Under the pieces are notes generated by a model, which was given only the letters and a program-made list of their open reading frames with translations, searched no databases and was not told the origin of the DNA. Both the position numbers and the translations under genes were made by a program. Positions 1-11,784 of a DNA stretch of 64,000 nt are shown one piece after another. Location of the stretch: positions 302,002,001 through 302,066,000 of the forward strand of contig OZ024741.1 of assembly GCA_964016885.1 (NCBI GenBank). The letters run 5' to 3'. This DNA comes from Eledone cirrhosa. Its lineage: Eukaryota. The first letter of the stretch is position 1; every line of letters begins with the position of its first letter.

Positions 1-345
1 GCGATAAGATAAAAAAACAACTTGAAAAGATTGGGGGTTGCATTGAACAACTGGGACACAGCTGTTTGCGATAGAGTTTTATAGCGGAAAGATCTGTGTG
101 AGCGGGTGAAGAATTATGAGCTAAAGTGTATAGAGAATGTAAAACTGAAAAGGGCAGCATGGAAAATGTGTTGATTTTGAGCTAACTGAGTGTAACTTGT
201 CCGCGAAAAAGTTGACGTATCCAGTTTGTGGTCGGATTTTTATGTCCAAAGCTGGGTACAAGGGACATTTAAAGAGTCGTGTGGAGAGACCCGAGTGGAA
301 TACATAGGTCTGCAAGTTAATGATGCAGCCTTAACTTGCCATGAG
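1..345 (+). mobile_element. 3' end of a decayed RTE-clade LINE (ORF2 C-terminus with C2H2-like finger), followed by a TATG-like tail
   Basis: Manual translation gives WDTAVCDRVL*RKDL...KRAAWK and YPVCGRIFMSKAGYKGHLKS, matching the RTE C-terminal W..A.DR..WR and CxxCxRxF...GLxxH pattern; a TATG/TGTA repeat follows at 345-460. Confidence 0.7.
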
Positions 346-759
346 TATGTGTATATGTATGTATATATATATGTGTGTATGTACGTACGTTTGTGTGTGT
401 ATATGTATGTGCGTATGTATGTGTGTATGTGCGTATGTATGTAAATGTACATATGTATGTGAAACAATCATGGTTATATAATTTCTTTTTATATTCGAAA
501 GAAAACTATTCTTAGTACATTCTTTCTAGTTATGACCCCCATCGACCTAACTGAGTCCATATTTTAACTTTCTTTCTTACTTGCTTTTCCTTTATTTTTA
601 CTAGATTCTTTCGTTGCTAATAAAACACTTTTAATAATTAGATATATACATCAATGTGCGGTAGTACTGAACTGACAGTGAAATCTAACTCCATCTCAGA
701 AAATATTCTAAACCGGAGTTGATCTCAGCGCTTACATCAAATAAACCGTCGATCAATGT

Positions 760-1132
760 TGAAACGCAATTACTTTGGGGGTCCTCCGAAGGGTCTTTAG
801 ATAGATTGCATAGCTTGGAGATCAGAGGGTCACTCAAGTTAAAGCCGCTACTTCTCCGAATTGAGAAATCTCAGCTACGATAATATGGGCATGTGGTTAG
901 AATAGCTGAACAAATTTTACGGGCAAACCAACCGGCAGGAAACCCAGGGGTAGACCCCGAGCAAGATGGTGGGATAAAATTCATGAATTCGGCTGGACTC
1001 GCTTGGGTATCTAACCGGATCAGTTGGAGACGGTTGCTTCTGACAGGACCCACTGGAAGAAGTGTTTGAGGACTCTGCCTCCACAACCCTCTCAGGAATA
1101 AGTGGGTGAATAATAATAATAATAATAATAAT
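760..1132 (+). mobile_element. 3' fragment of an RTE (Rex3/Expander-like) LINE with (AAT)n tail
   Basis: Manual translation LLLRIEKSQLR*YGHVVR...GRKPRGRPRARWWD...LGI...ASDRTHWKKCLRTLPPQP, then (AAT)n at 1109-1132. Confidence 0.75.
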
Positions 1133-1381
1133 GCTTTCTTTATTAACCACAAGGGTTTACATAAAGTAGACATTAAGGACAGTACAGGACAATACAGGAG
1201 ACGGTACAAATGAGCATTTCTGCGTGTAAAAAAAAACAGAGGATGTAATAAAAAATAACAATGAAAAATTCCCCAATAGGGGGGAGACTTCCGAGGGACA
1301 TTTGTGGAGAAAGCCCATTAAAAGGCCACAGTGACCCTGACCACCAGGGCAAGTGCTCTCTCCCAGTTTTCCACCTTTAAT

Positions 1382-4300
1382 TTACAGACAGATACTCAGA
1401 GTAGGCCCATTCACTCGGGCCATACTTGCCTCTCTCACCCATCTTTCAACAAAATGCTGGGAAGAGAGCACTTCCCTCTCCACCCTGAGTTTCCTTTTCA
1501 AATTAAATTTGAAAAAGTTAATCAGGGCATCACCGAAGAGGTAAGTGCTCGTCTTCAGCCCTTTCAAACGTGTCCACCATACTATCTCTTTCGCCATGGC
1601 CACCAGATAGATAAAAACTGCCTGCCCTTCCCGGCTAAAGGAAGAGGGCGGGGAAATCCTTACGATGGACTCAGCTGATAGCTGGATCCGTCCTACACGT
1701 GACAGCAGGTGTTCGACATAAACCCACAAGTCAGCAATGCTCGGACACTGGACGAGTGCGTGCAGGACGATTTCGTCGCCCTGCGCGCATCTCGGACATT
1801 CCCGGCTGACGGCACCTCCATGCCTGTAGAGTTTATCCGGAACTGGCAAAGCTCCTCGGTAGGACTTCCAGGCCAGGGATTTCTGGAAGTTGTCCATAGG
1901 CCCCGGCCCGAAAGTCCTTACGAAGATATTGGCTAGTTGATTTTCGTCGACGCCTAGAGCTTCTCCAAGTACGTCGTCGCTCTTCCCCTCCACTGATCCT
2001 CTATAGAACGCCAAGGTGGTGTTTCCACCGATCACATTGCCCGATTGGTCGAGGGCTGTGAGCGCCTGAAGACATTCCAGTCTCCAAGCGCTCACTCTCG
2101 GTCTTCGCTTGACCGAATACTGCAGCTCCGTCAAGGAGACGAGCTGGGGAAAGACGTGTCTAGCAAACGGCGACCACACCTGATCACCGTCGAGGAAGAG
2201 GTGGAGATGTCGTAGCCTGAGCGCGTGTCTGCGCATCATCAGCCACGGCATGCCCAGCCCTCCACGTAGCGGGTGTTGACAGCAGATGAACCGCCTGACC
2301 ATAGGAGCGCGTCCCTTCCACAAAAAGCGAAAGAGCAAACGCTCCAACGCAGTCAAGCAGGGCTTAAGACAAGGTACCACGGTCAAGCGGTATTAGATGA
2401 CGGACGCGATGTACGCGTTAGCCACCTCCGCTCGACCTTTCAGGGATAGCTTCCTCTCCGCCCATTTCTGGGTGAGAGAAGCCACCCTGCTCGTCACCTC
2501 GTCCCAGTTTTTTTCCGTCTGGAGGTACGGACCGAACTAGACCCCTAACAATTTAACCGGTCCATCCGTCCAGCGCCTGACGACGCTGTTGGACGGCATG
2601 GACCTGCCTCTCCAGGTGCCGAGCTGCAGGCCCACTGACTTTTCCTGGTTGATCATTGCTCCTGTCACCGCTTCGTATTCTCTTAGTGTAGTGCCGATCG
2701 TCTCGATGTGTTTGGCGTTCGACACCACTACGGTGACATCGTCCGCATATGCTGACACGGATCTTCCGCATCCTACTTCGCGCGGGACCCCTCTCAACGT
2801 CTCCAGTTTGTGCAGTAATGGCTCGAGAGTCAATACGTACAAGAGGGACGAGAGGAGACATCCTTGGCGGGCCGAGTGCATGATGTTGAACGGTTCCGAA
2901 AGGTGACCGTTCACTCTCACCACAGAGCAGATGTCGCTGTGCATGGCAGCGATCCAGCCTCTGAAAACGAGCCCAAAGCCAGCTGCCCTCAGGACTGTCG
3001 CTAGGTAACGATGGTCGACCCTATCGAAAGCTTTCGACTGATCTAAATTGATCAAGGACCCACCCGTGCCAGGTTCCCTAGATACCCTCTCTACGATGTA
3101 TCGCATGAGGTGAAGGTTGTCGTGGATGGATCTGTCGGGAATGGCGCACGTCTGCGCCTCTCCCACCAGACCACCAACGACAAGCGCCAACCTCTTTGCT
3201 AGCACCTTGGCCAAAATCTTGAACTCTGTGTTTAGCAGAGTTATGGGCCTGAAAGTATCTGTTATCCCCCTTGTTAGGATCCTTTGTCAGCAGCGCCACA
3301 GCTCCTCGGCTCACAGAGCTGGGAATTCTCCCGTTCTGTTGCTAGTTGCCGTAGACGTCCGCCAAGAGGCCTCCGAACAAGTCTGGCATCTGTACGTAAA
3401 GTTCATAGAGCAGACCATCCAAACCAGGCGATTTACCCCTTGTGCAGCCAGTCATTGCCTCCCGTACTTCAGCGGCTGTCATCGGCTTTTCGCAACACTC
3501 CGCCTCAGTGGCCGAGAGCCGCAGCAGTCCGTCGAGGTAGACACTAAAGTCCATCCCCCGATCCGGCCCGCCGCTGCCCCCGAACAACTGGGCGAAGTGT
3601 CGCTGAAAAGCTTCACACATTTGCCCGGGATCGAGTAGCATGCGCCCGTCGTGGTCCACCAAAGACCGGATCGTGGCTTTGTTGCCACGACGCGCCTACA
3701 CCACTCGGGCCCATTGAACGGATTTCGTCCCATCGTGTCTGAGAGCACGCACCCTAGCTCTGACAACGCAGCCTTCGTGCTTTGCATTGAAGAATTGGTC
3801 AAGGGCCAATTTCGCCGCAAGTACGTCGGTCGCGATGCCTTTGCTAAGCGCCTCGTCTAATTTTCTAACTAATTCTCCCTCTGCTCTATTTTTCTCTATT
3901 GCTAAAGCCTTACTAAACCTAATGGACTCTATTCTAATTGCTCTTTTCAGAGCAAACCACCACTTGTTGTTGACGATGGCCTCCGTCAACGCCCGCTTAA
4001 CTAGTTCGCTAATCCGGTCTCTGTAGGCCTTGCGCGCTGGTAAGGACGCGTTTAGCTTCCAGTAGCCGGGTCCTCGTCTATGAAGCCTATCTAAGTCAAG
4101 CACACAGATCACGAATTTGTGGTCCATGTAGCTGACTATCTTGAATTGTGGACAGCTTATGCTAGACCTATCTATTTCCCTACAAAATACTCTATCTACA
4201 TATGATCTGGATGACCCTATGCGATTTGTCCAAGTCCACATTGGCACATTCGGGAAATCCAATCGGTACCTGTCAGACAGTTCAAAACGCCTGAAAAGGT

Positions 4301-4794
4301 TGGTGAGACTCTTGCACCCTCCTCTCCTATCCGCTAATCCCACACAGTCCCAGCGTGCATCTAAGATCTCGTTCCAGTCGCCCACTAACACTAAAGAGCG
4401 GGACGTTCCAAGAAAGGTCTCCAGACGCCGGAAGAAATCAGGCCGCCCTGCTCCTGACGGGGCATAGACGGCCACTAGCCTGAAAGCTTGCCCGTCTCCG
4501 CTGGTCACGTCCAGCACCACCAACTTACCTTCTTGGTCCAGGAAGATGGCCCGTATGGCGAGATCCAAACCTCTCCGAAAAAGCACAGCAACTCCTCCCC
4601 CCCCCCCATCCCGGACGGCTGGGAGATGCGTACACATCGTAGCCGCCGAAGATCGGTGCGAAGGCCCGTGCTTCGCAGATTCTGGTGGCCACTACATCTA
4701 TGTTTAGTGACCTGAGGTCGTTGAGCAGGTGGCCCTGCTTCCATGACGACCCCAAGCCACGCACATTTATGCTGCCTATTCTGAGTGAGGTCAT
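1382..4794 (-). pseudogene. Tx1 ORF2 (APE endonuclease, reverse transcriptase, C-terminal CCHC), broken by frameshifts and stops
   Basis: MTSLRIGSINVRGL start, VAVYAP, LVGDWN, WTW..SYVDR, DH, GYWKLN, KSPGLDG, DQSKAFDRV, RQGC.LS, YADD, CPRC..E..LHALVQC. Confidence 0.9.
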
Positions 4795-4828
4795 GTTGAA
4801 ATGGAGTGGAAAAGATTGGAAAGACCAC

Positions 4829-6772
4829 TTACCTTACTTCTCGTAGAGGAAGGACGGTTTCTCCATACTTTTCACTGCTTGTGGCCTCCTCAGGATGGAT
4901 GTCCTTATAAATCCTCCTGGAGAGTGCTTGTCGGAAGTCTCCGATGTCTTTGGGGAATTTTTGTTTTAGTGTCATGTACGTTTTCTGTGTGATGAGAGTG
5001 ATTTGTATGTGTGGAGGTCGTGTGAACTTTTGGGTTGTTGTGTAGTCTTTTTCTGTGATGCTGGTGTTGTGTTGGATGTAGTGTAATAATTGGTTGTTGT
5101 TCAAATTTAATGCTGTGTAGTGTGTATCGTTTTGGTTGTTTTGTTTTGTTTGTGTTTGTTGTGGGTTTGTTTCTGTTTCTCTTTTTGGTGACTTTTGTGG
5201 TGTAGGTGATGGTGGTGTTGGGGTTAATGATGGTGATGGTGTTCGTGTTTGGGGTGATGGGGTTGGTGATGCTGGTGTGGATGATGGCATATCTGTCCTA
5301 ACTTTTTTGTTTGATAGTTTATTTGTTTCCCTCTGTATTTTGTTTTTGGAGGGGGAAGGAAGAGAATTTTTTCTTTTTTGGTTTCTTTCTTTTTTCCTGA
5401 TACCGTTCCCCACTCCTCGTCGTCACAATCTGTCTCCAGTTCTGATAGGCCGGGGAGTGGAAAATCCTCCACAGGCGTTAGTTTGGGTTGTTGCGTGGTG
5501 GATGGTGTAGGCGCTGGTGCTAGTTCTGGCGCGTTGAGTTGTGGTGGTGTTGGTTTTACTACTGTTGCTGGGGTTGTTGCTGTTACAGTTGCTTCTGTTG
5601 TTGCTGCTACAGTTGTTGCTGCTATCTCTGCTGCTGGTGGTGTTGATGGTTGAGTCACTGGAGTTGGTAGGAGAGGTGGCCTCAACCTTTTAGCCTGAGG
5701 GCAGAAAGCCCTTAGGTGGGTTCCTTCACCACAAACGACACACCTAGGCCTTCTGCTCTCGACAATTACGGTGAGGTGGCTGCCGTCGGTGAGGTCTATT
5801 ACCTCTGGGATCTCCTCAATGCTTTTTTGGGTCCGCTTGGATCAGGAGCTCTATCCCAGATCCGGACCAGTTCTCCTGCTTTTCTTTCGCTATTTCGATT
5901 ATCTTGGTGTTGGCTTCGATGCCGGCGAGGACGGCAGCTATTAGCCAGGGAATTTCGATGGCCGGTGGAACGTGGGTCACCCTGATCTTCACGAGTCTCT
6001 GGCCACAATAGCTTGGGACGAGTGTGAAGTCGTCATTTCTTAATGGGGTCATGGAGTGTTCTCTGGCCTCCTGTGGTGTTTCAAAGAACACGTCCACGGT
6101 TTCATACTTCTGCCCACGTCTGATGTGGGGTTTTTTTGCCCACACATGTCCCAAAGCTTTTTGGATTTGGGACTCGGATGCCCGTTCCACTCGGCGCGAT
6201 TTTATATTAATTGTTCGTTAAGACACGGTGCATAGGCGCCGATGCTCCATTTTATTAGGTGGGGGGGGGGCTGACCCTGTACCCATCTTTCTTTACCATT
6301 TTTTTGGCTTCTTCTAATTCCTCCTGAGTTACCTGAAATGCTTCGCACTGTTTTGCTACTCTGGCAAAACTCAGGGTGGTTTTCTTAATGTCATTGTTGG
6401 TGTTGTTGTTATCGTTATTTTTTTATTATTAATTTTAGTTTCAGTTGTGGTGGTTTGTGGCGTCAGTGGTGTTCGGTGTGGAAGAGTTCATTTTGGTTGA
6501 ATTCATTTCGATATCACGAGTTAATTTATTTTTTTCTTTTGTTTCTGTTGTCGCGGTGGTGGTGGGGTGGTGGTTGTCGCTGTGGTGGTGGTGGTGGCGG
6601 CTTTAACACCTGCAGTCATTGGTAATGGCGGGAAATGAATGTCTGGCTGAGACAAATTTAAAATATTGCTACTGCTTATATTTTTAGTGTTGGCAAACGT
6701 AGTAATATTTACAATGGTGGTGTCGGTGTGAGGTGTTAGTTTGTGAGAAAGGAGTGACTCTGAGTCAGCCAT
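4829..6772 (-). pseudogene. Tx1 ORF1 (gag-like, zinc knuckle, Pro/Thr-rich C-terminus), frameshifted
   Basis: ORF pieces 6521-6772, 5816-6190, 5224-5685 and 4829-5413 are colinear with copy 2; the CVVCGEGTHLRAFC knuckle lies near 5700-5745. Confidence 0.8.
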
Positions 6773-6985
6773 GATATTTCAAAGAAAAATTTTTGTTTGA
6801 TAATTATAAAAGTTTAAATTTTGGGCTCAAGGCCCCAATCTTTTTGGGTGTCCTTTTCAGATAACAATGTATGTGCACTTATATACAGTTAACAATAAAA
6901 TTTTCCATGAATGGCAATTTTGAACAACTGAAAATAACAAACCTTTGCGGAGCTCACGATGATACGATTTACTACGTAGGTCGCC

Positions 6986-7002
6986 AATAATAATAATAAT
7001 AA

Positions 7003-7033
<31 letters not shown>

Positions 7034-7236
7034 AAGAAGAAGAAGAAGAAGAAGAAGAAGAAGAAGAAGAAGAAGAAGAAGAAGAAGAAGAAGAAGAAGA
7101 AGAAGAAGAAGAAGAAGAAGAAGAAGAAGAAGAAGACGACGACGACGACGACGACGACGACGAAGAAGAAGAAGAAGAAGAAGAAGAAGAAGAAGAAGAA
7201 GAAGAAGAAGAAGAAGAAGAAGAAGAAGAAGAAGAA
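6986..7236. repeat. Compound microsatellite (AAT)n(AAG)n(GAC)n(AAG)n
   Basis: Directly visible. Confidence 0.98.
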
Positions 7237-8389
7237 TTGAGCTACTTGTGGGTGCATTGCTATAGATATAGACGCAAATTACTCGATTTCGTAACATAAC
7301 GAGTGAGGCTAAAATCTAACTTAAGAAAACTCAAATGAAAATAATTTCACTAACTGTTAATTGCAATATCTGGTTATTATCCATTAGTTTTCTCTTCGTG
7401 GTGAATTGCACATTACTGATAAATATGGTTAAAGGTAGGTGTTAATAATTTCAACTTGCAAGAAATTTAATGCAATCAGATGACACCTTCGTGTGTAATT
7501 TCAGCCAATAAAATTGTTCATTTCCACGTGTAATCAGTTTATAATGTCTCAACAAATAGAACATTAAGTTGGATATTCAATCAAAACTTCTATGGAGTGT
7601 TTTAATTGATTGTGTTCAGAACAATAGTTATTTCTGAGTCGATACTGTATGGGCTCAACAAGCAAGTATCAACGATTTCCGTAACAGGTTAATTTGTGTC
7701 TGGCGTAAAGAAACTTGTTGTCACTTGTTCTGGGATGTGAGGTGTTTATGCTGTATCCGTCCACGTAGTCAATGTAGGTCTGATGTGAAGTGTCTAGGTG
7801 GAAGTAAGGAAACAGATGCGTGTGAATGTGTGTCCGTGAAACATATATACCAGGTCCGAACACAAAAGAACCAAACACCCACTGTCACTGCCTCCGTCCC
7901 TGCCACTCTCCCCATCTCTCACTATTATGAGCAAATGGGGCCTGTTCATCACATGGTTGTACATACGTACAATAATAAAGTGATTTCAAACACTAGCCTG
8001 CTGTTTTCAAATGCTCTTGTAAATATAGAATCGGTTTACAGGGGATAGATTCACACAGGTTTTCTTTTCCAAAATACATTACATGCACACAAGGTCCTTA
8101 ATCGAATACAGACATTCGCCAACATACATACACATTATTTAACGTATCACAATTATCGTCATACGTAGGTTTAATGTTTGGCTACTGAAGTGAAATGCCA
8201 TTGTATTTAACATGAACTTAGTTTCTTCATCTAATGGCCAAGTAGTGATAAAAATAAATGCACATGCGATCATACAAACAGACACTAGAGTTGTCTAATG
8301 ATCTTGTGAGTCCACTGGTGGAAATCCGGAGTAACAATACTGATTACTTAGCCATAATAAAGTATATATATATATATATATATATATAA

Positions 8390-8838
8390 CTAGCAGTGGT
8401 ACTCGGCGTTGAACGGGATAAGGTATTTTGGAACGCGGGCCGCCAACAGACCTAATCGTGGAAAAACTGCATGCCTGTACAATATGTAAAGAAAATAAAC
8501 CGAATACTCTGATGGCTGGATAATCTTTAAGATTTTCCTCGATGAAGCAGGAAAATGCAGGTTTTCACCTAATGCGGGCCCTAGGGGATCAAGAAAATAA
8601 ATTGTTTTTATGTGCATAATATGCCTTGAAATTTCGGGAAAATCGGCTAGATGTAACGCCTCAAAAAAGCCCTAAAAAGCTGAAAAAATGAAATTGTTCA
8701 CCTAATGCGGGCCCTAGGCCATAAAAAAGTTGGATTTTCTTTGCTCACGGTATGAAGAAGAGACTGACTAATACATAGTTACAATTTCAAGGAAATCGGT
8801 CTGACGTAACGCCTCAAAAAAAACCTAAAAACCTAATA
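8390..8838 (-). mobile_element. Non-autonomous Helitron-like fragment (3' end) with an internal tandem duplication
   Basis: On the minus strand an imperfect GC hairpin (8402-8417) precedes CTAG|T; TTCACCTAATGCGGGCCCTAGG and GTAACGCCTCAAAAAA each occur twice. Confidence 0.5.
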
Positions 8839-8864
8839 CTATCTATCGGTCGCAACTCCAGGTA

Positions 8865-8983
8865 GAAGGAGCAACGTGAAATAAAGTGTCTTGCTCAAGG
8901 ACATAACGCATCGCCCGGTTGTGGAATCGAACTCACAATCTCACGATTGCGAATCCAATTCTCTAACCACTCAGCCACACGCC
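8865..8983 (-). mobile_element. tRNA-derived SINE head with CORE-like segment
   Basis: Minus strand reads GGCGTGTGGCTGAGTGGTTAG (A box)...GAGTTCGATTCC (B box)...TGTCCTTGAGCAAGACACTT. Confidence 0.8.
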
Positions 8984-8997
8984 TATATATATATATA

Positions 8998-10120
8998 GGC
9001 CGTTACCCTAATGCATGCCCACTAAATGGACATTGCCTGACACCCAATATAGTTTATAGGTGCACAGTTAAAACTGCTTCGCATACCAGCTCCTATATCG
9101 GCTCTACCTCTAACCCTTTTAAGGTACGCTATAACGCGCACTCTTTTTCCTTCCGAGACCCTAACAACAGATGTTCGACATCTCTAGCTAGGCTCATTAA
9201 AAACCTTAAATTAACCAACATTGAACACTCACTAACATGTCATATCTTGGCTAGGGCCCAACCGTTCAATGGACGAAGAAACTCTTGTTACCTCTGTCTT
9301 ACCGAAGCATATTACATAACTCTATCACGACCTCTACCGATTAACGATAGAACGGAGGTAACTATTAGCTGTCAACATCGAAAGGCTAATTCCTTCGCCA
9401 ACAGAATATTTGACCCAACATAGTCATCTAGACCCATTTTTACTTATAGCTAATAAGTTAAATAGTTATAGCTAACTTAGATAATTATAATTTACCTCCC
9501 TTACATTGTCTCTCAATTAAAAAATAAAAAAATTAGCACTTCTTAACTATAAACTACCCACAATTTCTAATTTCTCGAGGAGTTACTTCCCCTGAAACCC
9601 CCTCTTAGTAAGGTAAATATGTCCATTGGCGGCCATCTTGTTACCCATAGGCAGATCTCACACAATGCAGCCTCGACAGAAGAATACTGCTCGACTATGG
9701 CAGACAATAGATATACCCAGGACACCATAGTGAAATACCAATATATGGAACATTACATTCATGTAACATTCTTTCCTTATTTTAATTTATATTCCTTTTG
9801 AAGTTCCGATGAACTGCTCTAATTGTACCTAAGTTAATTATTTTCAACTGCACCAGATCAATAATTGTTTCTACTTTTGGCACAAGGCCAGCAATTACCC
9901 AGTGGATTACAGGTACTTTATTTTATCGACCCCGTAAGGATGAAAGGCAAAGTTAACCTCGGCGGGATTTGAACTCAGAATAGCAAGAGCCGTAACTCTC
10001 TGCGTCAAAGCATGGCGTCCGACTCTCTACCGATACTGCCAATCCATCAGATCAATAATGATCTATAATCATTTGATCCAGAAACACTATATGGAGTAGC
10101 GAAACAATTGTAAACGGACA
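8998..10120 (+). mobile_element. 5'-truncated Penelope-like element: GIY-YIG endonuclease remnant plus 3' region with a decayed hammerhead
   Basis: CPLNGHCL.PNIVY.C...YIGST..FK.RY..H; same type as the endonuclease at 47581-47893; HHR halves at 9803-9819 and 10094-10115. Confidence 0.8.
9864..10047 (-). mobile_element. tRNA-derived SINE (main family) with 12-bp TSD
   Basis: A box TGGCAGTATCGG, B box GAGTTCAAATCC, central GCCTTTCATCCTTACGGGGTCGATAAAA; CAGATCAATAAT occurs on both sides. Confidence 0.9.
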
Positions 10121-10136
10121 TTATTATTATTATCCG

Positions 10137-10455
10137 GATTGGCAGTATCGGTAGAGGGTCGGACGCCATGCTTTCCAGCATAGTTACGTCCCTTTACGAT
10201 CTGAGTTCAAATCCCGCCGAGGTTGACTTTGCCTTTCATCCTTACGGGGTCGATAAAATAAAAGTACCAGTAATGCACTGGGTAATTACTGGCCTTGTGC
10301 CTAAAGTAGAAACAATTATTATTATCCCGCCGAGGTTAACTTTGCCTTTCATCCTTACGGGTCGATAAAATAAAGTACCAGTAATGCACTGGGTAATTGG
10401 TGGCCTTGTGCCAAAAGTAGAAACAATTATTATTAATATTATTATTATTATTATT
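10137..10455 (+). mobile_element. tRNA-derived SINE plus a tandem 5'-truncated second copy, with (ATT)n tails
   Basis: Same sequence as the other copies; the second partial copy starts near 10325. Confidence 0.9.
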
Positions 10456-10708
10456 CTCTACATTCCTTACATCAAACTAAAACTATGTTGACAATCTTTT
10501 AATAATGTCTTCCTTGTGAAATTTGTGGTCTTGTTTTGCTTAACTAATGAATATTTCCAGCTGTGCACCTAACCTCTGCATGAACCTAGCCACCTAGCTA
10601 CCTTCCACTGCATATTGCACATTGAGCACATGCCTTTACGCTTTGGCTTCTAACTAATTCACCAATCTCTCTTCTCCTCTCCTATCTCCTCTCCTATCTC
10701 CATCTCTC

Positions 10709-10779
10709 TCTTTAAGATTGGTTACTCTTGAACTGTGTGTATATATATATATACCCAGTTCAAGAGTAACCAATCTTAA

Positions 10780-10782
<3 letters not shown>
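10709..10782. repeat. 27-bp inverted repeat around a (TA)n spacer
   Basis: TCTTTAAGATTGGTTACTCTTGAACTG ... CAGTTCAAGAGTAACCAATCTTAAAGA. Confidence 0.9.
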
Positions 10783-10843
<61 letters not shown>

Positions 10844-10870
10844 GTGTGTGTGTGTGTATGTATATATATG

Positions 10871-10990
<120 letters not shown>

Positions 10991-11065
10991 GAAGGAGATG
11001 TGGTAAGGAACCAGATGGACCATAACGCACCAGAGTACTCAATACTTAGGGTAGTAGAGTGGGTA

Positions 11066-11190
11066 ATAGGAAAAAGTATGACCCCGACGGCAGAGCTCAA
11101 GCCGTTTCGACGGCTATTTCTGGACTCAGAGTCCAGAAATACCCGTCGAAACGGCTTGGGCTTTGCCGTCGGGGTCATACTTTTTCCTAT
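11066..11190. repeat. Near-perfect ~60-bp-arm palindrome carrying the 3' half of a hammerhead, embedded in (TA)n
   Basis: Arms ATAGGAAAAAGTATGACCCCGACGGC...GGACTC / GAGTCC...GCCGTCGGGGTCATACTTTTTCCTAT; each arm contains GAAA-CGGC..GCCG-TC-GGGGT. Confidence 0.85.
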
Positions 11191-11698
11191 ATATATATAT
11201 ATATATAAAATTCATAGGGATATATGTATATATTTAGACATATATTTAGACAGTCACAGATACATATATGAGTGTGGCTTCCCTTCACGGTGTGGCTCAA
11301 TGAAAAATTTTATTAAGCAAATAATTATTAATCAGAGCTATATATAAAATTGCAAGTTTGAAGAATTATAATTCTTCAAACTTGCAATTAATAATTCTTC
11401 AAACTTGCAATCTAATAATTATTAGATAAAATAAATGCAGTCTTTCTTCACACTAGTCCGTAGAAATCAACCAGATAAATAATCATTTAAACGAGGCTAT
11501 AAGTTTAAAATGTAACTATGAAGAAATAATAGACAAATGATACAGACTATTTTCCGCGAGGAACAGTGAGATAAAATTTATCTAGTCATTCCTTTTAGCC
11601 CGTAGAAATTAACTAGACAAATAATCAATTAAGCGGAGCTAAGTCTAAAATATAAGTTAGAAGAAAAAATGCTTATAGACTTTACCAAAATTCCTCTA

Positions 11699-11784
11699 GT
11701 CCCGACTGTCGACAGTTTCGCTCGCACTTTGTGGATATATCCGATCCTGATATTATCCATGAGGCTTCGAGCTTATCAAGAGAC
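11699..11784 (-). ncRNA. Type I hammerhead ribozyme, U3-A8 core variant
   Basis: GTCTC-TTGATAA-GCTCG...CGAGC-GAAA-CTGTCGACAG-TC-GGGAC. Confidence 0.75.

Larger units (their letters stand above)
1133..6985 (-). mobile_element. Tx1-type (L1 clade) non-LTR retrotransposon with both termini, copy 1, frameshifted
   Basis: ORF1 with CCHC knuckle, ORF2 with APE endonuclease and RT; both termini match copy 2 (53574-58461); (AAT)n on both sides. Confidence 0.92.

Noticed and set aside
6857-7297. Long poly-Leu/Phe ORFs, and the many [12 protein letters not shown] and ERER ORFs elsewhere
   Set aside because: Translations of microsatellites with no coding signal.
7600-8050. Unique, moderately GC-rich stretch that might be a host exon
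   Set aside because: No recognisable protein motif or convincing splice-site pair.
8865-8983. Possible tRNA gene
   Set aside because: A and B boxes run into a SINE body with no acceptor stem closure, so it is a SINE head.
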